A stretch of DNA of 62,498 bases, the filler included, from Choristocarpus tenellus KU-1152 (taxonomy: Eukaryota > Protista > Phaeophyceae), in the NCBI GenBank assembly GCA_964200185.2. It is 9 parts of 9 records of this genome, joined end to end, with 100 filler letters (N's around TTAATTAATTAA, not from the genome) between each part and the next. Parts side by side here need not be neighbours in the genome. Positions count along the whole stretch, not along the records: positions 8,295 to 13,653 come from CAXNAD020011045.1; positions 13,754 to 19,770 come from CAXNAD020009160.1; positions 19,871 to 26,522 come from CAXNAD020007652.1; 6 more parts are not named here. The stretch is one strand, 5' to 3'. The position numbers and the translations under genes were made by a program. A model generated the notes under the pieces. It saw only the letters and a list, made by a program, of their open reading frames with translations. It did not search any database and was not told the DNA's origin. Position 1 is the first letter of the stretch; the number at the start of each line of letters is the position of its first letter. Shown one piece after another: positions 13,201 to 26,029 of this stretch.

Positions 13201-13586
13201 TTCATGAGGTTTTTGAATCTTGTCAATGCGACTTGGTCAACTTTGCACCACTATCTTAAACTTTGTACGCCTCCCAATCTATATGAGAACTTGTCCAGAG
13301 GGTTTATCGTGAGTGTCGTTCCTGGGCAAGAATGGAGCTTGCAAAATCTGTGATATTTTATTCCGATCTGAGGAAGTATGAGGCAAGCCATTCGCTTTCT
13401 TTACCACAGGTGTATAAAACTAACCTTGTTGACGGGTGTTGCTTGACCATGTGGCTACTTAGTACACTCGCTTGAATAATATGAGTAAACTTACTCATGG
13501 AACAAACCCTGCTCAGGCATGATAGCACTGGATTCAAGTAGTAACTGGAAAACCGCTGTTGCTGAGGAGCTTCAGTAATTGACTCA

Positions 13587-13653
13587 GAGTGAAAGTATCT
13601 TAGAGGGTACGAGTTTTGCCCTGTTTGTCCATTTGGGGCTTGGCTTCCCTCAG
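13587..13653. mobile_element. MITE family B, truncated by contig end
   Basis: GAGTGAAAGTATCTTAGAGGGTACGAG...TGTTTGTCCATTTGGGGCTTGGCTTCCC, matching one end of the full family B copies. Confidence 0.85.
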
Positions 13654-13753
13654 NNNNNNNNNNNNNNNNNNNNNNNNNNNNNNNNNNNNNNNNNNNNTTA
13701 ATTAATTAANNNNNNNNNNNNNNNNNNNNNNNNNNNNNNNNNNNNNNNNNNNN

Positions 13754-13809
13754 ATGAAAAAATTGACTCCAAATGGACAGCCGCCACCCCCTCCAAGATA
13801 CTTTGAGCC
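13754..13809. mobile_element. MITE family A terminus at contig start
   Basis: CCAAATGGACAGCCGCCACCCCCTCCAAGATACTTTGAGCC. Confidence 0.85.
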
Positions 13810-13911
13810 ATTACTCAAATCAAAGATAGCAAAAGGGTGAACACCGACTTTCCTTACTGTTCCTGCACATTCATAGAACGTTCAATCACATTTCTTATTA
13901 TGTTCATGTAC

Positions 13912-14170
13912 CATGCCAGTCATCTTGTTGCGAGAGAAGTCACCGACATAACGACCCCCATTGCGTCGGATAAGTATACCCTGTGGGAGTAGAGAACAAT
14001 TCCGAGAGAGGGAGACGACACTCGTGAGCAGGGGTATGGAGTAATACTGTGCACGGACGGTTGGATGAACGGTGGTGCTCAGGGAGTCGCATTCACACCT
14101 TCCCATGCATCTTGTCCCGCACCCATTCGCCGTCGTAGCTGCTACCATCCTCGTGGTATACCATCTCACC
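13912..14170 (-). CDS. MORN-repeat protein, two internal exons
   Basis: Phase-0 GT-AG exons 14170-14099 (GEMVYHEDGSSYDGEWVRDKMHGK) and 13980-13912 (GILIRRNGGRYVGDFSRNKMTGM). Each encodes one MORN repeat. Confidence 0.85.
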
Positions 14171-15856
14171 CTAGATCAGATGTAGGAATAGCAAAACCAT
14201 GGGGAGGGAGGAAAGTGTTGTTATACCTCTCTATGAATTCTTCATTCCAATAGAGACAATGTCACTCTGGGATAGTTATCAACGTATGTACCTTCCCGTG
14301 TCGTCATTGAGGTATGTAATCCAGCCCTGGGCGTAAAGGTGGGGGGAACGAAGTGCGTGTCCATGCGTGTTTTTCGGTGATAAGCCTTTAAACATACGCC
14401 AACATTTTTTTTTTAATTTCCCCAGCATGTTCGCAAGTTCTCGAAGCTAAGCCTGTTTCGTTGAAGACACGATTCCTCAACTTATTTTCCGGAATCCCAA
14501 GCATGTCGTTGTATCCCCCCCTCCCCATCATCTCCGCCAGGCTAATCTCTATGACTGAAAATGCTTGGTGAACACCACAGAGCCCAAACGAGGCCAGCCA
14601 CGTGCGTCCTAAGGTCAGAGTATGATTAATGGATTTCAGTTGTTGGGATTTAAGCATGAAGTCAATGTGCCAACCAACAGCCGTGGAACCCTCAAATATG
14701 GAGGTATTAAGACGCTTGGGGTGATGAGAAGCGCATGGAACTAATTTAGCCTGTATTGCCTCCACATCCTTCAGGACTACACCATCTGTCACGACCCCAT
14801 CACAGGGAGGAACAATGCCCATACCATTTACCAACGAAGTGCCATCAAGGACATCTGTTAGTAGTTTCTGCGTCATCTTCCTTCACTTCGCCACTATCGA
14901 CAGCACCTTCTCCTCTACGTCCAATGCCATGAAAGAGAAATCGATGGGTCCCCCCCAAAAAAGTGGTACATCTGGGAATGTGCTAGGCACTGTTCTATCT
15001 TCATGCTCTACCACGTCATTCCTGACGGTCTTATGGTCCCCACTCTACTCCTTCCAGAACACACTTCCCTGTTACTCCTCTCTACCACTCACCTTGCATC
15101 TGCCATGTGTTGCATATGATGGCAAATAATATCCGTCCCAAGGTGTTTTATAAAATAGGTACTGGTATAGAAGGGAGATCTTCTACTTCTTGACCTTGGC
15201 AAATATGGTATTGTTGGCTTATGAAGGGAAATGAAAGGTCCTTTTTTTGGGTCACACATACTACTGGGCCCTGTTGATCACCACCTCATAAATTCACTCG
15301 TCTCCTACCACCATATTCATTTTACCAAGCCTACAAAACAGAAGGAGATGTTTCTGACCGGTGACAACCACATTCTTCCAAATTTGTCAGGATGAATGTA
15401 GGGGTATTTTTTTTTTTAGTGCAAATTTGGATATATCTTATCTTCGCGCAATTTCCTTTTATTCTGTGTGAGATCTTGGAACAGATTTTTCAGATATCCG
15501 CCAAAAAACATTTTCCTGCGAAATTGCTTCAACAACGTTGAACCGACGTCATCCACTTAATTTTAAACCTGCACATCAACTTTTTATAAAAATCCCTTCA
15601 GGTACACACATTCTCTCAATGACATCTGCAGGTGCGATACAGGCGGTCCTCCTTCTTGGTCTGTCAGATCAGACTGGAGAGTCTGCAGAGGTCGGACAGA
15701 GTAAAAAGACCAAGCATAGTGCGGTGAGGTTTGATGCCTGGTGTGAGATGTAGAATAGGACAAAACAATATGCTAGCAATGGAACGTGATGCTCTTGTTG
15801 ATAGTCTGACTCTCCATGTTGCTAGAACAGAGGTCTCCGTCATTTCGCTTGGATAG

Positions 15857-16006
15857 TACACCAGAGTGTCCATTTGAACCAAAACCAGAAAAAGTGCCCT
15901 TTCATTATCCATCCAACGTATGGAACCAAATCACCCAAAAATCGCGACATGAAAAAGTTGGCCCCAAATGTACAACCGCCACCCCCCCCCCCAGATACTT
16001 TGACCC
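15857..16006. mobile_element. MITE family A, inverted relative to the 11100 copy, one TIR missing
   Basis: The interior is the reverse complement of 11100-11250 (CATTATCCATCCAACGTATG...AAATCACCCAAAAA). It ends C(n)AGATACTTTGACCC. Confidence 0.85.
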
Positions 16007-16399
16007 TTTTTGTTTTTGGCATCTGTACTCGACAGCATACACAAATGGATGTGCTCTGCAAGGAGACGTATTAAATCTCTGTTTTGACTGGAGAGTGTGG
16101 GTGGAATGCAGAAGTTTCTCTTGCACTAACACATTTCCCACTGCCCTTTCTTTGCCTAATAGTGCTAAGCCACTCTGAATGTAATGTGCTTTTGAAAGAT
16201 TAACACAATGATATTTGCCTAGAGACTTGGATATTGCACTGAATGAGTATGGCTGATGTGTTATTTTTCTTCTTGTTAACCGACTGTAATCGAGTTAACA
16301 AGGAAGACTTCATTATCTGACCAGTAACACTTTTCATTGAAGTCCACAATGACAAATTGTTGGTGGTTGATTGGTTGCAGACAAGGGGATTTTTTATGT

Positions 16400-17100
16400 T
16401 TATTTGTTCATTCCCCAGGTAGAGCAAGCAAATCAAATGCGTAAACCCATTGCAGTTGGCTCTTTAAAAGCAGAGATATTCAAGCTAAAAAATTGCTTAT
16501 TGGTGATTCACCCGGTTAGCCTAAGAGGGGCAGGGCAGTTACCACTCGAGTGAAATCTCGTCCTGACTTAACCACTTTTGTTTTGGCCTGGTAAAAACGA
16601 AGCCCCATCCCACGATGATGTTGCAACAGGGGAGAATGCTATATGAGTTTTATGGTGTTGCTTTGCTCTAAAAGGATACCAATCCCACTGTATGTTTGTC
16701 GAGGGGGGGAGTATGTTGTGCAAATAATCTGCACACCTGTGTAATTCTGTAAGCCTGTGAGAGGTTGGTTGTGCACTCGAAGAAATAATTGACTTCATCC
16801 TCACAAGTGGTTGTGATAAGCCACTCTACTTTTTCAGTCAATAAAGGTAGTACCGGAGAGGGTTTTCGCTGAGGGAACACCAGTCCCAGCCTTAAAGTCT
16901 TCTGTTAGGAGGGTGCTTTTGTGAGGGCCGCATCTACTTGCAAGTTGCTGATTGTGTGACATGATCTTGCTGTCAGATTGCAGTGTGTTTCTGCAGCACT
17001 CAGTTCTTTCGTGTTTTTTGTATACAAGTGGCATTGGAATTGAATCTATTTCAGGTGTTTGGAATGGTGTGACATCTGGAGTTCGTTGCCTGTCTTGGAT
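16400..17100 (-). pseudogene. Probable decayed LTR-retrotransposon integrase fragment
   Basis: Stop-interrupted frame containing GVQIICTTYSPPRQTYSGIGILLEQSNTIK, resembling the integrase motif STxYHPQTxGxxERxNxT. Confidence 0.35.
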
Positions 17101-17445
17101 TGTAAAATCCACAGCTGCACGCCATAATATTCTAGATCTGCAAATAAATAGTAGCTTGCACCTGTTACAACTGATTGGTTGTGTACCTGTGCAACACCTT
17201 TTGTTTTGTGTGTTGATTAAATTTGCTCGGTATGGGGCTACTATGGTTGCCTGTATGCACTTTTGCTTTATGTCCCATGAGGTTTATTATCTACCCACAG
17301 ATTGTTTTGTGTTAGATCAGGATCATTTGTTCTACTTCTATGAGTAGAGCTATAGGTAGTCATGATGGACCCAGGGTTGTCATTTGTGATCAACATTCCC
17401 ACTGATAGGTCTTTCAGAAGATGTGTTGTTTCATATTGTCGTACT

Positions 17446-17823
17446 ATTGCATAATGATCAGCATTCAGTTACACTGCACAAAGAGAGCTGGACGTTTTTC
17501 GAATCTGATGGATTACTTCGGACTTTGTATCGTCTTTGCTTTAAAAGTATTGGTCTTTCCTGCACCTAGTTCTACTGAAATTGAAAACGTGTCCAGTAGT
17601 CACACTTACACTTCTCCTTGTAGTGCGGTTGAAAAATAAACAAATAAACAAACCTTTCCGGTTCAGTTATGTTGTTAGTCCAATCAATCAAACTGAAGCT
17701 GATTGATCTGTCGCGATTCACAGCCCTAAGTATTGCATTATGATCAGCTTTCCATCACCTGTTACAAAGAGAGTTTGAGGGTTTTCAAATTTGAAGGATC
17801 ATTTCGGACTTTGTGCTGACTTC
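17446..17823 (+). repeat. Diverged ~90-bp direct repeat (2 copies)
   Basis: ATTGCAT[AT]ATGATCAGC...ACAAAGAGAG...TTTTC[GA]AAT[CT]TGA.GGAT.A.TTCGGACTTTGT at about 17446-17537 and 17732-17823. Confidence 0.75.
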
Positions 17824-17846
17824 CTCGACCTTTCTCTTTTCTGGCA

Positions 17847-18108
17847 GAGTCAAAAGTATCTTAGAGGGTAGAGCCGTGTCTGTTTGGGGGTCAAAATCCT
17901 ATGTTCTGATTTTGATGTGATTTTGGCTACTGATTTTGTTAGGAAGTGTCAATATCCTTGTTCTGAACACACCTTTTCATAACATACACATTTTACCTAC
18001 CCCGAAAAATTTTGGAGTATGAAAATGTCATTTTTTTAAAAACGTTGGAAGCTAAGTCCCAAACAGAGAAACAGGGCAAATTTTGTACCCTTTAAGATAC
18101 TTTCACTC
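17847..18108. mobile_element. MITE family B, complete (~260 bp)
   Basis: TIRs GAGTCAAAAGTATCTTAGAGGGTA / TACCCTTTAAGATACTTTCACTC. Flanks are GCA and ACA. Colinear with the copies at 24523, 26796 and 58297. Confidence 0.9.
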
Positions 18109-18374
18109 ACAGCAGTTCTAGTGGAATTGATGTGACCATGGGGAAGTTTGATTGCATGGACCTCATTCGGTGCGAAAATTTGAGGGTCACGTGACGAGTT
18201 ATTGCTGGGCTTCCAGGACTAGGTATGTGTAGTGGTCGGATCTCACTGGGTTTGAATTTTTTGTTTGGATTTATGTCAGCGAGGTCAGTAATTTTTTCTT
18301 AGTTCTTGGTGGTAGTGATCCTGATGGATCTTAAAGGATGCAAAGACTACTGACTGGTCAAGTTTGTTTGACCT

Positions 18375-18632
18375 AGGGAGGGTGTTCAAACTGATCCCTT
18401 CCATTCCACTAGACAACACTAGTGGTTTGTATGTAGAGTCAAGAGTGCAACAGTTACTAGTTGGTGAGCCCAGCACTGTTCTAGCACATGACTGGGTGGA
18501 TAGGAAATACTTCCAGTATTAGCAGACACCCTCATGCCCTTACCTCATCTAAAATAATCACTCTTTACAACATTAGCAACTTCCCTGTGTTCACCACTCC
18601 TACTCCTCAATGAGGCAGGCTATAGTTCAACA
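18375..18632 (+). mobile_element. Polypurine tract + ~250-bp LTR (copia-related)
   Basis: AGGGAGGG followed by TGTTCAAA...AGTTCAACA (18383-18632). It shares blocks (ACACTAGT, ATGTAGAGTCA, AGTTACTAGTTGGT, GATAGGAA, TAATCACTCT, TTCAACA) with the LTR-like sequence following the copia pol at 28137-28360. Confidence 0.7.
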
Positions 18633-19339
18633 GAAGTCCAGATAGAGAGGGGGCATGTTTCGTGGAAATTTACCAAACTGTTTATTCAGGTAAAATACCC
18701 TAACCACGACATATGGATGCCTTGTGGATTGGAAAGGGGAGACACATATATGTGGAAGTGACTGACAACAGGGTAGAAAAATGAAATAACATGGATGAAT
18801 GTTGATACAAGAAAAAATTAACAAAAAATATAACACGTATCGATTCTTGCTTCTTTCCTGTATTATGGTTGTCGTGATCCGACAAAAACCCATTGTCCTC
18901 ACAAAATACACTTAACCCTCCACTCCAACAAAAGGCACATGCTTCTCGTTCTGTCCACAGAAGAGGGTAATCTTTGCGATAATTGGAGTCATAGTAAGTG
19001 TCTGCAAGTGCATTGTAGGGTAATCACTCCCTTATGTCAAGTCCTACCTTTACCCATCATAGCAGCAGGGTATTAACATAATCAAAACTGGCAATCCTTC
19101 TGTCTGCAATGAACAACACCTATCTTACTCTGTCCAGGGAAAAATCTGTCTCTCCACAATACACACACACACACACATCCCTCTGGTTGTGTGGTGCACC
19201 ATTCTACAAAAGAGCACCAGAAACTAAACCTATCACTTTAGATGCTCTTGCTCATCTGCTTGATCTTCCAGCCTAGACCCTATTACTGGTGCTTGCCTGC
19301 CTGAGTTGCCACTATGTAATGTGCGTCCACCCAGATCAA

Positions 19340-19602
19340 CTTCATCGGGAATAGTTATCCTCAGCATGCCTCATATCCAAGCACGGTATGGAGCATCCAT
19401 GAATGGAGTGCAGCTCCATGAGTGCAGGTGTCCACACCTTGCTGAAACCCATATTGAAGGAGGCATTATGGATTGAACAAAACACTACACTTTGAACACA
19501 TCTTCCTTATGAAGTCTCAACACACCTTGCACATATCTTGATTCCTTCAGAATGCATGTCCTCCTCAAGTACACTGGAGGAAAATTTAAGTCCATCATCC
19601 TC
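19340..19602 (-). CDS. Possible terminal exon(s) of an unidentified gene
   Basis: A pyrimidine tract and AG precede 19602, followed by coding-like composition. Frame and splicing are ambiguous and no domain is recognised. Confidence 0.25.
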
Positions 19603-19870
19603 CTGATTACATCACAAAGAGGAGGGAGGGGGGCAGGGCAGGGTGGGTGGGTACCTGAGCGTGTATGCAGTTGACAGTCCATGAAAAAAAAAAAAAATGG
19701 GAAAGAGGGGGAGAGGAGGGGGGTGTTATTTGCATTCAAAACAAAAAAAAAAATAACACAACTAAAAAAANNNNNNNNNNNNNNNNNNNNNNNNNNNNNN
19801 NNNNNNNNNNNNNNTTAATTAATTAANNNNNNNNNNNNNNNNNNNNNNNNNNNNNNNNNNNNNNNNNNNN

Positions 19871-21897
19871 AAGACGAAAGTGACATTGAGGAGGCAGGGG
19901 GGGAGTGGGGGGGGTCATATTGGGGGGCTTCAGGAAAGGCGTTGTCTGACCGCAGGACTTCTCCAGAGGAAGGGGATTCTGATGGCGATAGTGGTGAGAG
20001 GAATATCGAAAGGAGAGAGAGAGGATGGTGGAATCTGCTGTAGGACAGGGCATGTTTGTTTTTTTTGTGTGTAAATTTTGTCTGGGCTTGGTAGGGTGGT
20101 TTGGGTAAGAAGTTTGTTTCATTGTTGGTATTTGAAGGGAATCTTTTGCTGCAGTAGACTCTCCACAAGTTTTGGTTCAAACCGTGTGTTTGCAGCTCGG
20201 GGGTGAAATTTTAAAAATAGCAGTGCGGCCGTACGGTTGGCATTTTTTTTTGTTTTAAAGTGAAAAGGTTGTGGCTTCTATGCTGTTTTTTTTATCCAAA
20301 CATACATAGTAGTTACCAAAACTTGTGAAGATTGCAGAGGAGCGACGTGCATGGAAGACAGGCAACAAGGTGTGCGGACAATCGATTGCTTCAAACTGAT
20401 TGCGTCGCAGAATTGGCACATGTTCCGGTTTTTGGTATGAAACCCTCTTTTTTCCACTTTCAGCATCTGGGGATGAACTGGTAGTTCAGGGTGCTTCCAC
20501 TGCTCTCTCTCTATGTATATTTTTTTACTGTGAGTTTGAATATTGTTGGCGTGTGTGGCATGCTCAGATCATCTTTATCCACTGTAAAAAAAAATCAGTG
20601 TTCTGAATTGTGTGTGCCCAAGGTTAAATATGGACAGGAACAGGTAGGAGGAGGGGGGGGGGGCATACAATTTGGGTGTAGGTTTATTTTTAAGTGTCTC
20701 ATTTTTGTTGTATTATTATTTTATTATTATTCTTGCGACACGGAACGACCCACCTAGCAAACCTGTACATTTTTATTGTAGATTTTAATGCGGGTTTTTT
20801 AATCAGAGCACTTTCACCAGCCACCGGCTTAACCTGGAAGTTTCCCACTTTTTGCTATGTTGGAAATCAGGAGTGGGTGGAGCAGTAAGGTGATATTTAT
20901 TTGACCCCCAAATGGTGAAACGTAATTTCCACATATACCATCAACAATTTTTTTTTCATAGTCATACTGAGCCCTTGGCGAAACCAAAACCCTGTTGAGA
21001 ACATTGGTTTCAGAAACAGAAAATCCCGACAGCTTGCAGCTTTCATAAGGAAGTATTGGATCATGATCCTGGTGATGGTATGTTCTGAGTGACCTTTTTG
21101 AGAGGGAGATGCTGACGTACTGGGCTTCTTTGGGTGATCGTTGAAGGTGGTGAAATAGACGGGTGAAGAACAGAACCGTATTAAGTGCACCCCCTTCCTA
21201 TGCACATTGCCATAGCTGCGTTGGTTTTTTGGTCTCTCAAGCTTGCCTTCCTTTGAGCAGGTACACAGTGCATTGAGATGAGTTAGCCTCTGTAGCTAGG
21301 GCTGGGTCGAATCCAGTGAAGCATGTCAACAGAGAACAACAAAAGGGTGTGGCATGATAAATCTGAGGTCTTGGTCCTCATTGAAATGCTTGTGAAGAGT
21401 GAGGCTGACTCTGTATGGACAAGCGCCAATCAGCAGTTTCCCATAAAACTAATATTTTTTGCGGAGGGTTACACACGGAGGTTGAACAGGAGGAGACGCC
21501 TCAAGGAATGAAATATTTACTCGCCCGCATAGGACAACCTGTATGAATCAGTGAACAAATAGGACGCATAATCCATCCGATCTCACCTTCTATATGCCTG
21601 CGCTAAATCTTCCTGTCACGATTGTCGGTATCACTTGGGTATTGTCAAGATTTTGGTGACAGCGATGGAGATGAATCAGGACATGGTTCTGGAGGTGGAG
21701 ACGCTGGTGATGTGGGGAAGGGGAAGGGGAAAGTGGAGTCAAGGACCAAGCGACGTGATATCAGGGGTGGGGAGCAGGGTGCGCGGTCAGGATTGGGGGG
21801 GAAGAAGCGCCAAAGACCAAACCACCCGTACGTGGAGGTGGAGTACGAGGAAGAGACAGAGGCAGGTGCAACGGAGGGGATGTTGTTTAACTGGTGA
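19871..21897 (+). CDS. MAK16: Ribosome biogenesis protein MAK16, last two exons
   Basis: Acidic exon 19871-19993 (DESDIEEAGGEW..., phase-1 donor GTGAGA) joins exon 21650-21897, which ends KKRQRPNHPYVEVEYEEETE...W*. This is the MAK16 signature KRxYVEIEYExE. Confidence 0.75.
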
Positions 21898-22474
21898 CTA
21901 TGGTAGAGTGGCAGTCAGAGAGTGGAACGGGGTTGTTCCTGATGGATTAGATTGGGTGTGGGAGTTAGGTTTGTATCCTGTGAAGGTGGTGTGGGGTGCG
22001 GATTGGGATTTTGAGGTGGCTGGCTTTTTTGTGGGTGGATTTGTTTTTTGAAGGGAGGTGGCGAGGCACTGTAGTGGGGGGGGGGGGATGTATGGGTACA
22101 CCGATTTTGTTTTGGTGATGTGTACTGCGAGGAGTTGGCAACTGCAGGGTGTCAATGATGAGGTTACCTCTTTGGTGCCGTGCAGTAACCGCCATTTAAT
22201 CAGTTTTAAATCCTTGTTTCTGAACTGTTGATTAGAGGAGCCTTACGACTACATACATTGCCTATCATTTTTTTTCTCTCTCTCTCTCTCTTTTGCAGTC
22301 AAGTTAGAACCATTTTGGGAGCGACTTGACCCACGTGTTGTTCCAGCCCTTCATTACATTGATGTAGCCATTTTCGAACTCGTTTCATGTGTCTTGATGA
22401 CCTCAACTATTGTATCAGTACCAGGTTCTCTATCCCTTCATCGATACGAAGTAGTCGTACCCTTTTAAAGAGGA

Positions 22475-22647
22475 GTGTCACTCAATACCTCTACAACGTG
22501 TGTCACTCAATACCTCTACAACGTGTGTCACTCAATACCTCTACAACGTGTGTCACTCAATACCTCTACAATGTGTGTCACTCAATATCTCTACAATGTG
22601 TCACTCAATATCTCCACAATGTGTGTCACTCAATACCTCTACAATGT
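22475..22647 (+). repeat. Minisatellite, 25-bp unit x7
   Basis: GTGTCACTCAATACCTCTACAA[CT]GT head-to-tail with no spacers. One unit is 2 bp shorter. Confidence 0.95.
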
Positions 22648-23318
22648 GTTGCACTAAGGTTCGTTCTATGTTTGCATGATTTATAAAATATATATGTGCC
22701 TTTGTTGTTGTCCTGTTTTTGTGTTCTTCCATTGAAGGGAAGCTACTGTTTTCATGCCTACAAAAGCTCTAGCCCATAATTTGGCAGTCCCTGTTGTTTG
22801 GTGGGAAGCACACCAGACACTGGACAAACTCAATTGAGATGGGACTGTACCGTGTATCGGCAATAAACAGGTGCAGATAGGTAAAGGCATGTCCCGCCCA
22901 ATTAGTCCTGATCCAAACACAATCAGGGTGCAATGGCAACCTGCCAATAGTACTTGAATCCTGAGAGACTTGATGACAAAGCAGTCCAATCAAAATTGCG
23001 TGCTGTTGAGAAAGGCAAAGGGGACGTAATTCTATGGGGTACCATACTTAACTGGGTGGGGCAATGAAAGAGCATGACATTGACTTTTTGGATATTCATG
23101 GGTCCCCTACATACATAGACAATGTTTATGTGAGTGTTTGAGAACAGGTCAGTAACTTGGAGGACTATGCAGGAGGTGTGAGAAAAAGCCCACAGATGTA
23201 TGCAAAAATACAGTCTGGGATTTACTGTGTCAGATGGGATTTGCCTTGCTGAGCCAAGCGCAGTAACTCAGTGTGCTTTGCACAAACCTGTTTGATTTCA
23301 CCGTCTACATTTAATAAT

Positions 23319-23909
23319 CTAGCAAGGGTCACTTTTTGGGGTGACTGGGCATAAGTGCTGTTTTTGTTTTTTGTGTGTTATTTCTAGATGCTTGACTCTG
23401 GTGGTGGTTCCCAAAATCATTGCTTGGGTAGGTATCTCCCTGTAGCTCTTGTCATATATCCTAAATGGTATCACTGCAGACTGTGCAATCTCTTCAAGAA
23501 GCACTACAGCTTGGTAAAGTAACTTGACCTTGCCCAGTGCCATATGCAGGGCAGGCAAATATCTCTCGCTGATGTTTAACTTAGTTTGCACCTGGTACCC
23601 TCAGTGACCAATGTTCTGGCACTTTTCTTCGGTGAAGTCTGGTGTTTTATGATCCAAAGCCCACAAGGTAAGTGCTACAGATTGTAGACCCACCTGTACT
23701 ATCCCATCTGTTGGTATACTACAGTAGTAGGAAAGGAAAAAATGATTGAGCAAGGTTTCATTGCGAAGCAGTGCAGAGATGGGTCCAGTACAAGATTTGA
23801 GGGAGGAAGAGGAGTGAAGAGCGGTGAGACTTCTGAACCCAATGCATAAGAAACAAGCAAGGACTGAAGGAGTGCAATTAGATGGAGTAGAGTCTCTAAA
23901 CATGGGCAA
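23319..23909 (-). pseudogene. Possible decayed retrotransposon gag fragment
   Basis: Adjacent stop-interrupted ORFs (FTEEKCQNIGH*...ERYLPALHMALGKVKLLYQAVVLLEEIAQS) are loosely gag-like. Confidence 0.25.
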
Positions 23910-24522
23910 CCCTCAGCCCTCGCCTAAAGAGACTAAATATGAAATGGTAATAATGTCTGTTATTCACTCTGTTTGCACTCATTGTTCCCAGTGTGATCAT
24001 GTGCCTATGTCCAAATGGGGTGGAATTTGCATGGAACATTGTAGGTCACACCCCAGCAAATGTTCAGCTTGCAAAGTTCTTCCTATGACTTGAAATGGAC
24101 AATATCAGGGTCTGTTGAAAGTGTATATAGACCCATGAGACTGAGGAATTCACTTCATTCAACCTTCACACATGTTGTAGTCGTTGGTCATAGCTGCAGT
24201 TACACTTTTATTCATGTAATAAGGAGGATCTACGTGGGAGTGACGCCTACACTCCATTTGTGTTGCCATGTTCATGCGTGTGCCTCAGGCTAAGGCGTTG
24301 CAATGCTGTTCTTAATTTCTCTCCTGTCGGTTGCAACAAATGCCTCTTTTGTGATTAGAATGGGCCATTTTGTAATTTCCCAATAAGGATTTGAAACTGC
24401 CAGAATATCACCGTAATGGGAGGGTGAGGATGCTTGACTTGAATCTATCTGATTTGTTTCGTCACACTGTGAGGAACCAGGGCATGCATATGGTTATTTT
24501 AATGTTACTACTCCCCCCCTGT

Positions 24523-24782
24523 GAGTCAAAGTATCTTAGAGGTTAGAGCTGCGTCCAATTGGAGGTCAAAATCCAATGTTGCGATTTTGATGTAATTTTT
24601 GGCTATCGTGTTTGTTAGGAAATGTCAATATCCTTGTTCCGTACACACCTTCTCATAACATAACACATTTTGCCTACTCCATAACATTTTGGAGTAGGAA
24701 AATTTCATTAAAAACCCGTGGGAAGCCAAGTCCCCAATGGACAAACAGGGCAAAGCTCGTACCCTCTAAGATACTTTCACTC
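24523..24782. mobile_element. MITE family B, complete (260 bp)
   Basis: GAGTCAAAGTATCTTAGAGGTTA ... TACCCTCTAAGATACTTTCACTC. Flanks are TGT and TGG. Confidence 0.92.
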
Positions 24783-26029
24783 TGGTGCAGATCTTCCTCA
24801 AGCAGGATGGGGTACAGCAGGTGTGTCATATGCAGAGAGTTGTGCCAGTGTAACATGGGGGGGGTATACTGGGCTAAGAAGGGAGGAGGTAGAGTGCACA
24901 AGTTAGCAGTCACGGTGCGCCAGAAGCATCAGAAAGACAGGAAGAGGGGCAAAGACGTCATGTGTTAGCTTTGGCAGGCAAGGACAGGTGCATTTTTCAG
25001 CACTGTTTTCTATTAATGCCTTCCATCATATGTTGGACTTCTTTATACAGGAATCATAGTAAGAACAAACTAATTGTGTGGTGGTGAAGAGATTCACTGG
25101 GCAAGATGAACCAAGACGAACCGTAACTTAGAGGACAAGAGGAAGAGTAGGAAGGATCATGGTTCAGATATTGTCCAGAAAAGGAACCCCTTAGGAGATC
25201 CGGCATTGGAAAACGGACTCTTGAACAGACGTCAACGGAAGTCACAGAAACCTATCCTTCAAAAAGAGGCATGATGCAATGGATGGTCACCTCTAGAGCC
25301 ACACGAGTGCTAATGTGCCTGGGGATACAGTCTCTTCACCACCACATGTGTTGGCTCATGCAAAATGAGGAGTGTTGAGACATAAACTAACATTTTATTG
25401 TCACTTACTTGTACTAACCTATACCAACATTTATGTAATCTATATGCAAAGGGATGATGGACTTCGATAAACACGCGATATCTAGTCGACACTGGTTGTG
25501 AACAGGGCTGGACTAGGTCTGTAGCAGACGTCTAATCTCCTTACAATATGACATATAAGTGATTGTCTATTGAGATGGTCAACCTATGTAAAGGATTATT
25601 ATTCGTAGGTGACACGATATCTGACCCTAGACAGACAAGTCACGAGTAAGGTTGGCAAGGATATATACCAGACATCCAGCTTTTGACAATAGGTTGTTAT
25701 ACTTCTACCTCCGTGCCATAATCTGTGCCGCGTTGTCCATAACTTTTGAAGATATTGATGAAATTCGTTTCTGAAAGAAGATTTGGAATTCTTGACGGAT
25801 TTCTGGTTAGGATCAGCTCTTTTCTTTATTATTACTCCCCATCCAGCACAATTTTATCACCCAGAGAAAAAGCCTCCATGTCTACCTTCGGCGTGTTTTC
25901 AAGCTCACCAGACAGAGCTGCCTCTTCCTTACCCCTGTGTGCTCCACACAAAATTCATTCCCCCCTTTGTATCTAAGTACTTGATTTTACACCACAAAAA
26001 GGAAACTACCAAGCCCTCTCAAGTGGGGT

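Noticed and set aside
22475-22647. 25-bp repeats as a CRISPR array
   Set aside because: The units are contiguous with no spacers, there are no cas genes, and the context is eukaryotic.
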